A stretch of 64,000 nucleotides of DNA, from assembly GCF_009914755.1 (NCBI RefSeq), contig NC_060929.1. One strand, 5' to 3'. Below, piece by piece: positions 29,289 through 42,814 of the stretch. The notes beneath the pieces were generated by a model. It was not told the DNA's origin and made no database searches. It saw nothing but the letters and a program-made list of their open reading frames with translations. How positions within the stretch are numbered: the first letter of the stretch is position 1; each line of letters starts with the position of its first letter. The translations under genes were made by a program, and so were the position numbers. The stretch comes from the human T2T-CHM13v2.0 reference genome, Homo sapiens.

Positions 29289-30771
29289 CTTACTTATCTG
29301 GTCAAAGCCCCAGGAAACCTACCAAAGCTAGAATTAATGACAACTGGTGGGAAACCTAGCATTTCCTCTCCTGAAGAATAAATGTATAAATGTTATTTTT
29401 GATGTTTATATATAAACTCTATATCCTAATTTACTAATACTCATCAGATGTCAGCCTTTGCTCTCCATTTTGACGTTAAAAAACAACAACAGATCTAGAG
29501 ATACCTCAAGGATATCATTTTTGATTTTGTGTTACAGTACACTTGTAGCCAAAACTGGAAGACAAAACCAATATATAATTTGGCTGCTGATTGGCTTACT
29601 TTTAGATTTAAAGTTACTTTGGGTATCCTGTAATTTAGTTGTAACATAGAAAATGAAAAAACAGTTAAAAAAAGTGAAGTAGTTGCAAAGTGTTTTGCAC
29701 TGTTGAACTAAGTAACTGTGTAAATCTGTGCAAAGGTACGTATGTTTATCTTACTCTTCCTATAAACTAAAATAACATTACAGTTTCCGAATTTAGCATG
29801 GGACATAGTCAGTGTTTGAAGTGCCAACTTCATCAAGTAATGCATGCTTTATTATAAATAAAATTCTAGCTTTGAAAGGCGTTATGTGTTGAACAGTATG
29901 CTTCAGGGGTAAATTTAAAATAGTCTCTTGAAGCCCTAGTCATGGAAGTAACTTTTATTTTAATTGACATTCTCTTATTAAATGCCCTATCCATCATTAA
30001 AAGGTTTATTATCAGTGGGCAAAACATGAAATAATATGATCGAATGGCAATCTTGCTAGTTGCGCTACCTAACAGTACCATCTTGGATCCTTCAAAACCA
30101 AAGACTTGCCCCAGCACTGCTGTGGAACCACCTGGCTTATGACCCCTATGGATGATCTTTAGGAAAAGCAGCCCTTTACTTTTAATACAGGCTTTAATGA
30201 ACTATACCTGTTAAGTTCCAAAGGTCAAAATGGAGGCATTTGCTGTCTAATATTCAAACATAGAAAGGGAGCTGCTTTTAAAGAATTCCCTGCAAATACT
30301 GAAAGCAGTCATGCGAATGGAGGGTGCTCTTGTGTAGCTGGTCAGGGACTTTTTTTTCTTTTCTCCTGAACTACATGATTCTAATTGGAATGTTCATTTG
30401 CCTCTTTTTACTCTTTTAAATGCTTGTAGGTGGCTTGGGGTGTGCTATCGTGCTGTTCCTACTCAGTAAACAGGTGTGATGAGTTAACAAGAAATAACAC
30501 TGTTTGAGAACTAGCTTTGAATAATAATTTTTCCCTTTGTACATGACCTGCTGAATTTCGGTACAGTGTTTTTGTAGCTAACTTATTTTGTCATGCACAT
30601 AATGTATATTTGTTATGCACTACTTTTGTATATCTTGTTTTTCCAACAGTGAACATTTTTAGGCACACTTTTCACTGACGGGATATCTCTTTATGCAATA
30701 CCTCAATTTTTCATATTGCAAAGAGTAGCTTTTTGTACTTTTATTACTGAGAGATCTTCATATACTTCATT

Positions 30772-30802
30772 TTTTAATATAAATAATTTTAATAAATTTT
30801 AT
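30772..30802 (+). promoter_or_regulatory. CPE cluster overlapping a hexanucleotide
   Basis: TTTTAAT 30772-30778; TTTTAAT 30787-30793 overlapping AATAAA 30791-30796; TTTTAT 30797-30802. Confidence 0.55.
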
Positions 30803-31835
30803 TTTCTTATATTCTGCTTTTTATACATTTCAGTGCTCTGCATACATTTTAAATTATGAATGTCGTGCACTGGCAATGCTATTTTAGAGTCTGCAGAGAA
30901 GAGAAAGCATGTTGCTTAAACATCCTTCCCCAGCACCAGCTATTGGTGTACCTATAATTTAAGAAATAGTCTATGTAAAGTCACAAATTAATGAAAAAAA
31001 TTCGCATGAAAATGACAGATAACACTGTAGTTCCTAAAAAAAAAATTAAATGCATAAGCATAAGGTAGAAATTAAAATAACAAAATTGTCTACAGCTTCT
31101 TACTAAGTTTTTAAAATTATTCATAAAATGCAGACATTTTTGGTGAATGTTTAGCCATTTTTAATATTAATAAATTGATGTTAAGTGTTTGATTCAGAGA
31201 TGTCTGCTCTTTTAAATTATATATAAGGAAAAAAAATAGCCTGCCTTGGCACAGGTGTGTAATGTTAGTGTGCATGACTAATGTAAGAAATTGTTATTCT
31301 ACTAATATTTACTTGTGATTGTGTGACAAGTGTGTTTACAGATTATTGGTTACACTTCAATTTACAGGGCATAAACAATGATTATCTATTACTCTGAACT
31401 TTATGATTACATGTTCTTCAGATTACATGGGATTGTAGTTGGGAGTTACCATGTAACTCAAACATAATTAACATGTAATTAGTTTACAGATTGTAGGGCA
31501 TCACTTCAATTCACCAAGCATGTAGTTCTAGCGCACTAGCATGGCGCCAGCCATGTACTTACAATGTAGTTACAGAGTAATTACATGGTGATTTTTGCAA
31601 TGTAAAATAAAGTGTTTCTGATTATTTTCTATGTAAAGGAACCCTCTCCTTTCCCCTTCTGGTCCCTGCGCTTTGGTATAATATATATACTTCTCCATAC
31701 ACAGACCTCTGCAGAATGCAAAATAAAACTTGCAGTGAATGAATTTAGCATTTTATGAGAGTGCTGTTGGAAAGACTTGATAATTCACCCCTTTTGTTTT
31801 GAAGAGTTGAATCTTCTGTTAAAAGGTGATTTAAA

Positions 31836-31884
31836 ACTTGAATGTGATGAATTGTGGCAAGTTAACTTCAAGTTATGTGCAATA
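31836..31884 (+). promoter_or_regulatory. miR-26 7mer-A1 site (ACTTGAA 31836-31842) and miR-25/32/92 8mer site (GTGCAATA 31877-31884)
   Basis: Exact seed matches; miR-26 and miR-92 regulation of CPEB2-4 3' UTRs is established. Confidence 0.6.
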
Positions 31885-32635
31885 CTTATTTCAAACTTTT
31901 GAAAGATCTTTGCAGTGTAATTCTTTGTTTTTAATTGCAGACATTTAAAAATGTCATTTTCTACTGTTAAGAGTAATCCTCTTTCTTGCTGGTGTTTCTA
32001 AAGAAAAGAATCAGAAATCAATCTTTCTACTAATGTAAATTTGAGATTATTTTTAAAAATGGAATAAAAGAGGTTTTGGTCATTTGCTTTATTTTATTAT
32101 TTTAAAGCTACTGTGATTGATAGCATTGTAAGAATCGGGACAATATTGTATTCAACTGTTTTATTTTTTATATTTTTAAAATTTAAAGTATAATTAGTTT
32201 TTATAATTTTCATCAGATTTTTGTTATATTTTTTGGAAGTGAAACTTTTAGCAAGTGGGTGTCTAGTTTTTACTAATCCCTAATTTTTTTTCCAGTGTAT
32301 TGCTCATATTATCAGAAGGAAAAGTTATTTAAGTATGTCAGTTAATTGTACTACTTGGCTGAATTTCCATATAGTTTTTACTGTGTATGGGGAGGTTGTA
32401 GTATTTATTATAGCATTTTAAATAAGGGTAATTCATTTTTTATTAAAGTCATTTTCACGTTAAGTTCCTATTTTTGTATGTTCTACTCTTAAGTTATATA
32501 ACACAGTTCCTTTTTTAAAAGAGTTCATTTGTTGAAGTGCTAGTGAAAAATTAATGTTATTAAATAGTTTGCAAATGACTATTTATACCAGTATGCATAT
32601 AATTTTTAAATATTTGTAATGTGAGATGTTGAATG

Positions 32636-32641
32636 AATAAA
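32636..32641 (+). terminator. Candidate major poly(A) signal AATAAA for CPEB4
   Basis: Canonical hexamer followed by T-rich downstream sequence (32657-32682). Confidence 0.55.
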
Positions 32642-34411
32642 ACTTTTAACTCAGATTTCTTTTAATATACTTATTTCTTTTTAACACAAGTAGATGATGC
32701 TTTCTTGACTGGGAATGTAACATTTTAAAATATTAGGAATATACTGTTCAGCTAATGCAGCACAAACCAATAGGAAAAAATCTTCAGTCATATAAGTACT
32801 GTGGCCAGTGTGCATTCTTATGTAAGCCTATAAGCGTCGGTGGGTGGTTGTGTCTTTGGCCTGTACTGTTAGTTCACCTGCTGCCTGCCCTGCAGAGTTC
32901 TTTTTATTTGTAGCCTTCAATATGTATACAGGGAGTAAGCCCAGGATCTAAGCATTCAGTTATCAGTTGAAGGCCAAATGCCCAACAAAAGTGAAAAACC
33001 CAATGTTTAGTTAATAATGAAAGTCCGTATCTGGGAGGTTCAGTTTTGAGTCTTTGTCAATGAATAGTCTTGATTTGTGGCCACACTACCAAAGGGCTTG
33101 AAAACAAGTCTCTTTTGACTTCCAATTCCCAGTTCCTCCATAGACCTTAATGTCATAGGATACGGTGTGTGGGATTATAATCTCTATGGCATGTCAATTG
33201 AAAATATTATCTTTGATTTGATCCATTAATCATGTGGACTACCAAGTGCTGTAATGTGTTAGTATTTATATTTTAAACTGCATTCTCAAACTTTTAACAT
33301 AAGGATTTATTATAACAAAATATAACACTGAGAATATCCTGTTTTGTCAGATTTAATATCTGTTCTTTCTTGAGTATAGTATTCTCAAGACTAGAAGAGG
33401 TTCTTGTCCTGAGAGAAATGGACTATGAGATCTTTTGCGTCTAAGTTGTCTTTCCCAACAGGCAGCTCTTCTAACTATAGAGATTACTGAGGGTAAGGGC
33501 AGGCTGGACAGCTTCCCCTTTCTCTCATCTGGCAATTCCCAAACCTTACGTTGAGCATTCAATGAAGGGCCTTGAGGAAACCCCAGGGATGGGACACTGG
33601 AGATGTGGGTGGCATTTGGTTATCAAGTCTATAATATTCCTAGGCATTCTGGGATGGTTTCACTATTTTAAGAAAAGAAAAAAAAGATAGCCCAAGCATA
33701 TTTAGTTTATTTTAGGAAATGTTTATTTCAGGTAAGTGAGATATCAATGATATGTGATATAACAACTCTATCTTGAAATTACATAGGTGCATTGCTTTGG
33801 GTGTTTTAAATCACAGAATGGTGTGTCTGGAAAGGGTGTAAGAGGCTTCCTGGGCTATATTTCTTCATTCACTGATTGCCTAAACCTACCCAACGAGGAA
33901 AATTCTTTTTATTTTTATCTTTTGTTTTTACTGTCTAACCAGATGAATAAACAGTGGAAATTCTCTACCACACTCTTAACAATCAAGTCATTTCATAACC
34001 CCTTTTGGTAATGGGTGTTTGTGTCCACAGCTAGATCAGAAAGTAAGTACTTTTTCTAGGGATTTTTTTTTTTTTTAAGTTTGGGAAATAGTTTGATCAA
34101 AAGTCATGGGGAAAGTAATCTCTGATTTTAAAAATTGAAGAATACTGAAGGTGTCAGTGAGTTAGAAATTTTTAAGGAGTAATTATTTTCTGAAATGTGT
34201 AATAACCGAATAATAAACAAGACAAAACTCTAATATTTCAGACTGTGATCTTCAGAGGACTAGGATAGTCCTTTCCACAAGAAAAAGACAAAAAAAAATA
34301 AAGTTTTACCATTAAATACACTTAGAAAATGGGTCACCTTGTTTCTTGCAAAGTCAAAATAATGCACATTTGCACATTAGCTTATTAAGACTTCAAGAAA
34401 TTCTACAATGA

Positions 34412-34770
<359 letters not shown>

Positions 34771-36060
34771 TGAAAGTGTCCCTCTCACTCCAATTTCTCT
34801 GACTACAGATTCTGTTTACAGGTAACACATGGAACATACTTTGGGCTATACCACTGTAACATTTTAGTATGTTTCAAGAAGCTTTGAAACCCCACTTTGT
34901 TTTTTGGCATCCATACATGTGTTCTGGAAGGGTGCTTGGCCCTGCCACTTGTGAGCCACTTTCAGAGCTGCTTTCATTGCCCACACCTACTTTACTGGAG
35001 TTCTAGGTACTTACGTAGCTTCTAAGCCCTGTCCTAGTTCCAGTGCATCCTCCTAATTCGTCTTCCCTCTACTCCCATCCCAGAAGAAAGAAAAAGAGAA
35101 GTTACTTTGCACAATAAAGCTATTTTGATTATGCTTTTCACTGTCTCAGACCAGCCCTTGTTTCTCATGAGTGCCTCAAATGCCACTTGAGACAAGCAGC
35201 TAGTGCTTTGAATCTGCCATTCTATGATATGCTGTCTCCCTTTCTCATCATTCCTATATCCTCCTTCAAAATTTTCTTTTGCAAACTTCCCTCAGCACCC
35301 CTCACCCGCTGATTCTCTTGAGAATAGGCGCCACTGGCTTTGAATAAATTCTAAGAATTTAGAAAATGAACATTTGCGCCCCACTAGGAACTCTTACCTA
35401 GCAATACCAATTCAGTCGTCCTCATTAGAGAACATTTTATTTTGCCGTGCCTTGAGTCTTCTCAGGATATTTTGGGTTATCATCTTTCTCTAGTCAAGCT
35501 GGGTGTCATTGTTGGCTGTCTGGAAAAAGTGTCTTATTGTGATTCAGCGTGGTGACCAGAGTTGGAAAAGTACACATTGTCTCAGGGAAGTTAAAAATGA
35601 ACAGCAGCATCCCAAATCAGAATGTGAGCAAACCTCCAGCCTTTAGTATTGCGTGTAATTTGATTCAGTGTCAGGGAAAAACTGCCTGTGGGTAGCTGGG
35701 CTGGAGGTGGTGAATCAGTGCATGCAAATGCCAGCAGCTAAGCTTGAGCTTTCTTTATCCTTTTCATCGGAGTTCTATTTCAGGAAGCCCGGCTTTGATA
35801 CCCTAAAAATGTCAATGTGATCAAGCAAATGTCACCATTTTAAAGAGATTATTTTCAACTCTTCTCCCACCTCCCTGTGAGACCTAGGAGTGACTCCCCA
35901 GAACCCACCAAAGGCAGCAGGGCATTTTAAACTCGTGAAATCAGTTACCCAGGAAGAGAACCGGGAGGGGTGGTGGTAAAATAATTATGTGAAGCTGCAA
36001 AGAATGTTTTAGCTAGGATCCAAGAAAGACCTGGCGCTTCCTTATTTGGAGGAATGAAGG

Positions 36061-36692
36061 TGATACAGGAGCTAAAAGGAAATTATTTAGGCGGTTAGCG
36101 AGGGTAAGAGAGTCCTCAGGCTTCCCTTTTAACAAAAAGCAGCCCCCAAATCATTTCTTTTCTAACAAAGAGCAGCCTGTAAAATCGAGCTGCAGACATA
36201 AATAAGCAAGCTGGAAGCCTGCATAGGTAAATGCCGGCAGCTGTGCCAACAGGAAAAGGCTAGCTGGGGGCCAGGCATGTTCAACATGGAGGCTCCCTCT
36301 TCCTTTTCTTTGTCGCTATGTGTGCAGTAGAAAGGCAGGCAACATGGCGTTGGCCAGGTAGAGACCCCCATCTGCATAATAAAAGATTAGGGTGGGATGG
36401 CCAGCTTCTTTGTGCGTGATGCAAGTGTCACGCCTGGTCCGACCAATCTCTCTGGCCCTACGTGAATCAGACACGCCTCCTCAAGCTCATCTATAAAATC
36501 CCATGCATTTCATTGTGGAGCCGGAAGTCCCACCCGGGAGCCCCTCTCTCTCCTAAGAGAGAGAGCTATTCTCTTTCTTTTGCTTATTGAACCTCCAGGG
36601 TTAAACTCACTTCTTGTATGTCCGCGTTGTTGATTTCCCTGGCACGAGACGACGAACCTCGGGTACTTACCCCAGACCACAACGCCGCTTCA
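36061..36692 (+). mobile_element. Solo ERV1-class LTR (PABL-like, tentative)
   Basis: TG...CA ends, 632 bp, 4-bp TSD AAGG (36057-36060 / 36693-36696), CCAAT ~36443, TATAAAA ~36492. Confidence 0.85.
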
Positions 36693-36780
36693 AAGGCACA
36701 ATTCCCCTTTCATGTTTGAGGGAAAAGTGCTGTGGGTCCTTGAGTGTTTGGTGACAGAAGGTTTGATTCCAACAGCGTGC

Positions 36781-36983
36781 TGGGTGGGGTAGGGTGGGTG
36801 AGGGTGGGGTGGGGTGAGGGTGACGGTGGGGTGGGGTGAGGGTGAGGGTGGGGTGAGGGTGAGGGTTGGGGTGGGGTGGGGTGAGGGTGGGGTGGGGTGA
36901 GGGTGGGGTGGGGTGAGGGTGAGGGTTGGGGTGGGGTGGGGTGGGGTGAGGGTGGGGTGAGGGTGGGGTGGGGTGAGGGTGGG
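36781..36983 (+). repeat. G-rich microsatellite (GGGGT / TGAGGG units), G-quadruplex-prone
   Basis: About 200 bp of consecutive G3-G4 runs with 1-3 nt spacers. Confidence 0.92.
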
Positions 36984-37400
36984 AATGTGGAATAGTCACA
37001 TCCATCAGATGACTCTCAGCACTGCTGACTTCAATGACGGAATGATTTGGTTCAGAAGAAACTAGTAAATGCTGATCCCCTGTTATATATCAGGCCCTTA
37101 CATACATTAGCAAGGATAACACTTCCATGAGGTATTGAACAGATCATAGAACTGTCTCATGGAGAAGGTGGGTGATTTGGCCAAGGCTGGGATGTGCCTA
37201 GGTCCCAATTCTCATCTACTAATCTCAAATCTTCTCCTTTAAACCTTCTTGCCGCTGGATTAGCAATGAACAGGATCAGGGCTTTTTATTCAAGTTTTAT
37301 TTTGTTTTTAAAAGAAAAGTTTCATTCCTAAACCTAATCTGGGTGTAACTGTCATATTTGAAACTATAGAGATAGGATGATAAAACAAAAGTTGTAAGAT

Positions 37401-37893
37401 GGGTGGGCACGGTGGCTCACGCCTGTTATCCCAGCACTCCGGGAGACCTAGGCTGAGGATCAATTGAACCCAGGAGTTCAAGACCAGCCTGGGCAACATG
37501 GCAAAACCCCGTCTCAACAACAACAACAACAACAACAAAAACTTAGCTGGGCATGGTGGTGTGTGCCTGTCGTTCCAGCTGCTGCGGGGGAAGGGGGCTG
37601 CTGAGATGGAGGATCGCTTGAGCCCAGCAGGTGGAGGCTGCAGTGAGCCACGATCTCACTATGGCACTCCAGCCTGAGCAACAAAGTGAGACCATCTTGG
37701 GGGATAAAACAAAAACACCACAAAATAAAACCAAAAAAACTCAAAAGTTGTACAATGGCTGGGAACAATGGCTCATGCCTGTAATCCCAGCACTTTGGAA
37801 GGTGGGAGGATCACTTGAGGCCAGGAGTTCAAGACGAGTTTGGGCAGCATGGCAAGACCCTGCCTCTAATTTTAAAAATAAAAAATAAAAATA
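37401..37893 (+). mobile_element. AluJ followed by an Alu monomer
   Basis: Dimer with (AAC)n linker, then a left-arm monomer from 37757. Confidence 0.85.
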
Positions 37894-38373
37894 AACTTTG
37901 TAAGAGCAAATGTGAGTTTTGATTGTGAGTCCTAAAATGTGGCCACTTCCTCTCTTAAAAACTGACTCTCAGCTAAGACAGGTGCTCGAGGTCATGTAAT
38001 TAGTTAGTAGGGAGGCAGATAAGGAGGCCAGAGGGAAGTCCTTGAGCTCTGTCAAGCTCAGGTGGCTCAGGCCCACCTCTGCAGTTCTTGTCTGCCTTAC
38101 TGGCTTCCATTAAGCCCATGAGTATGGCTCAGAGGCCAGAACTGGGTATATATTTTAGGAGTAGGGACAAGGTAGTTGAAATGACATTTCTATTCACTTT
38201 AAGGAAGTACAGTACAGACTTCTTAGTACATATTCTTTCTCTTTGATCCAACCACCAAGAGAGACACATCAGTTTGGAGTAGGAAACAAAGAAAAAGGAG
38301 GGCCCTTTTCTCTAGTATTGTAAACCCAAGAATTCCAGAAACACAATTTTAGGAGTGAGAATAATAATAATAA

Positions 38374-38727
<354 letters not shown>

Positions 38728-39107
38728 CTACCTCCCCACAAGCCTATGTCATAGATACTGTCATTATACAGTATCTCATTTTAAGGCGACCAAGGTTCAA
38801 AAACGTTAACTAATCTGCAAAGCCAGGATTCAAATCCAGGCACGCAGGTCCTGCCTGTTTCACCTCACCCCTTAGAAATGTCCAACCTAAAAGGGAAATT
38901 TGATTAAAATTTCATTTATTCCCCTGCGTTGGTTAAAAACTCACCAATGAATAGTGTGACAGCTAATCTGTGTTGTAGCTATGCCATCCCCAAATTCTCA
39001 AGGGACTAAGATGAGGCCCAACTAACCAAAATCACATGGGTTCCGAGGAAGGCTATCCAGCTTGCTAAATAATGAAGAGATAGATAGGTAAGTGGTTGGA
39101 GGGATAG

Positions 39108-39310
39108 ATTTTATTTTATTTTATTTTATTTTTGAGACAGGGTCTCACTTTGTCACCCAGACTGGAGTGCAGTGGTACCATCATGGCTCACTGCAGCTTT
39201 GACCTCCTGGGCTTAAGTGATCCTCCCACCTTAGCTTCCTGAGTAGCTGGGACCACAGATGAGCATAACCACACTCAGCTAATTTTTTATTTCTGGTACA
39301 GACAGGTTCT
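39108..39310 (-). mobile_element. AluJ fragment
   Basis: Antisense right arm. Confidence 0.85.
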
Positions 39311-42300
39311 CTATATGTGTATCTATATGTCTATGTGTATATATAGAGACATGTATATCTCTGTATATCTCAGATATATGTTTTTTAGATGCAAAGAAAA
39401 ATCCCACCAAGAAGAAAGGGTTTTACTTTTTTCTATAGAACTATAATTGACCAACATGCTCTATATAGAAAATCAAGCCTCCTCTCATGCATCTGATCCT
39501 TTGATATCTGCACGGTCTATGTAATCTCACAAAAATAGTCCTGAAATCCAAAGGAATGGGGGAGAGACTTACGGATGTGTCCTCGTGAATTTTAAAACAG
39601 CACTTGAACGTTTTGCTTTTGGATTCAGATGTCAGAAGCATCAAAATAGATTTCTACAGAGAATTTATATTCCTGACTTTTTATATATATATGTGTGTGT
39701 ATATATGTAAAGAGAGGCAGTGTCTGCCATTTTTAGAGCACTGGAGCTTTGAATTACACATGGCTTTGATCCTTGCCGCAGCCTAAACAGCTGTTCTTGA
39801 GCAGATGTGATGCTGTAGAGCCTGGAAGAATCAACTTAGAATCTCTGAACCTAGATTTGCAGCAAAACGCCCTTCTGAGGGAGACGTTAAGACCATGGTC
39901 AAATACAGTCATCAGCAACTTCCTTTTTCTTTGCCCCTTCCCAAAGTTCAACTCCTACAAAGACCAAACATGAAATTCTAAAGCTGGAGAGGATGCAACC
40001 TGGGAAATCAGATTTAGTCTCGTAAGTGTTGTACTTAAGTCAGGATCAGCAGCCCTCCATAAGGGGTGTCGGAGGGTGAGGAGGAGGAGTTTAAGGGGGA
40101 GAGTAGGGAGAATGAGGAGGTCAAGAAGAGAGAGGAGAAGAATTTAACTATTGCATGTAATTTTGTGTCCAGAAGGTAACAGCACCCTCTACACACACGG
40201 CCCATAACTAGGGATCTAAGGCCTTCCACACTCCTGATCACACCCTCATCGTTCTCCCCAGGGTGGGGCAATTTTGCATTAACACAGTTATCACCCATAA
40301 TGGGGAAAAACTGGAATTTTTTTCTTGGCTTTCCTTATACACGTTTTGTAATATTCTTTCCTTTGAATTCTACATGGAGAGTGGAGCTCCATAATGGTTG
40401 GAAGCCGGGGTCTATCATCTGATGCTGGTAGCACGTAGCACTGTGTTTAGCACGGAGTAAGCACTCAGTAAGTGTTAACTCATTATCATCATCGTTGTTT
40501 GCTACTATTATCTATCCACTGACAAAGTGCCAGTCCCAGTGCTGAGTTGAGGGCAGAGGTGGGTGGCAGGGTCACTGCCCAGTGCAGGGGCTAGGAACCC
40601 CGGGATGCCCCTCTCCCACATTCCTTTCCTCCTGTGGATTCTCTGGCTCCCACCCCATCCAGCCTACAACAGTTGCCATGGTGACCGAGAAGGCTCTGCG
40701 ACTCCAGGCCCTGCTGCTACCGCAGTGCCCAGCTCTTGCTGTCTCCCTCTTTCCATCTTAGGAACTGGAGGATTCCGCCCACGTCTGGGAGTCATGAGCG
40801 GCAGCAGAGGGGGTTGAATGTGTGCTACCAAACTGGACAGAAACTCCAGAGGGGCTGTGTCCTGGGACTGGTTTTCTGGAAACTTTGGATAAGCCCCAAA
40901 TCTTTCCCTTTAGAGAAAGAATCAGGAGGTGGGAAGAGGAGTTGGAAATTAGGCCCTGTGTCCTTCAGCGACAGCTCAGTGATACTGCCTTTGAGGAAAC
41001 AGAATTTTTAGTTCTGCAATTTTTTCCCCTTTGTCCTTATAAACTGCAAAAGGTGGGTGAAGGGAGCCCAGACACCATGTGGGATAGTAGACCTGACTTG
41101 CTTCTGGGAGTTAGGCATAGCTGGGCTCAAACGCCAAAGACAGGAAGCATTGTGGTTAGGGACTTGGCTTTGGGGTGATACCAACGGGGTTTCTATCCTT
41201 GGACTACTGCTGACGGACCGAGTGACCCAGACCACATTAGGTAACCTCTAAGAATCGGCTTTCTCATGCATTAGAAGGGGCAAATAATATCTTCATCACT
41301 GGTTTGAGGTTAGGATTTAACAAGGTATTCACGAAAAATGTGCTTCAGTCATAATCATGAGGGGTCCCCAGTATCATTAACATTATTGCCCCAGATCTGA
41401 CCATTGTTGGCCCCAACTACCTAAGGAAAGTCCCCTCACCTCTCAGAGAGATGGAGATATAGCCTCCAGCCTCCACCCCCGCAGCTAGGGTGGAACAGAG
41501 ACCTGACCGCCTCTGCCCCTGCCTTGCAAAACACCCCAACAGCAGTGGCTCATTGCCCTGGAAATCAAATCCACCCCAAGGCCTTGCAAGACCTGGCCCT
41601 GGCTCCCAGCCTGCCCTTCTATTTCCCCTTCTTGACGGCGGGCTGCCGCCGCTCTGCCTGGGCCACCGTTCTGGTAATGCAGGTCCCCTTCCCTGGTGCA
41701 CCGTCCTCTCACCTGCCTCCTAGGAAAGTCTCTGCCTGCTCCTGCCCTGCTCCCTTCCTTGCTTCGACCCAGCTCCACGTGGAGCTGGCTCCTCACTTCT
41801 CCTTCTGCAGTCAGCTGGCACATCACCATCACCTCCTCCCTCTGAGAGGACTTCCTGGGTCTCTCTGAAGCCCTCCTGGCCATCATGTTTTATTTGTTAT
41901 CAGAAGCACTCCTGACTCAGCACTAAATAGGATGCATAATTGTCACTGCCTATCATTTGTTTACCTTTCTTGGGGGAGGAAACAAACATTCTCTTGCTCG
42001 CCTGTGTCCTCAGGACCCATCATGTGCCTTGCTCCTGGTAAGCACTTACTAAATGTTTGCTGAATGGGTGACTAACAGGATCCCTATGTGAGCTCTCTTT
42101 CTTAGACCGGCTTTCAAAATTGCCATGCAGAGGAGGGCTGTGCTTCAGGATTAGAGGCCCACAGCTTATGGGGCCCCAAGGCTGGATGTTTCACAAGGAA
42201 AGTGGATATCAGAATGCCTGATAAAGGTAGCCTGGAGCACTCAGAGAAGTACAGGCAAAAAGTTCACCTGAGGATCTTGTCAAAATACAGGTTCCGAGTC

Positions 42301-42772
42301 AGCAGCGCTGGGAGCCTGAGACTACATCTCTACCAAGCTATCCAGTGGGCTCCATGCTACTGCTTCTCCATAGAAGTTAGTTCTTGAGAAAGCCGTGAAC
42401 GTTCAGACCTGGGAGTAACGCTGTCAGAATGAGTGCAGCGGCAGGGAGAGCAGAGCCTGGGGGGGTTGTGGGTGGGCCTCCTGCCTGACCCAGGCCCTAG
42501 GGACAGGGAGGACAAAAGCAAAGGAAGGGCTGGCTCCCCTCTATGTCTGAGCAGACCAGCCAGATGAGGCTGGAATCTGTTTTCTAGAATTTGCCTTAGT
42601 CCCAGGGAAAAAATTCCATCCGGGAGTTTGCTCATTCATTCATCTATTTATTTCTTCAACAAATATTTGTTATTCTTAGGCCCCGAGGATGCTGTGGGGA
42701 CAAGACAGGTAAAGGCTCTGTCCTCTTGGCATTTATGTTCTGGAGACAAAGGCCTGGGTTTGAGCCCTGGGA

Positions 42773-42777
<5 letters not shown>

Positions 42778-42812
<35 letters not shown>
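42778..42812. repeat. (TG)n microsatellite
   Basis: About 17 TG units. Confidence 0.95.

Positions 42813-42814
<2 letters not shown>

Larger units (their letters stand above)
28483..32660 (+). other. CPEB4: CPEB4 long AU-rich 3' UTR (may extend to ~34.3 kb through distal signals)
   Basis: Alu/L1-free AT-rich stretch after the stop; AATAAA at 29377, 29857, 30791, 31606, 31722, 32063, 32636, 33946 and 34297; many TTTTAT/TTTTAAT motifs. The 3' end is approximate. Confidence 0.8.

Noticed and set aside
36667-37005. Pro/His-rich 112-aa minus-strand ORF
   Set aside because: It is simply the translation of the G-rich microsatellite.
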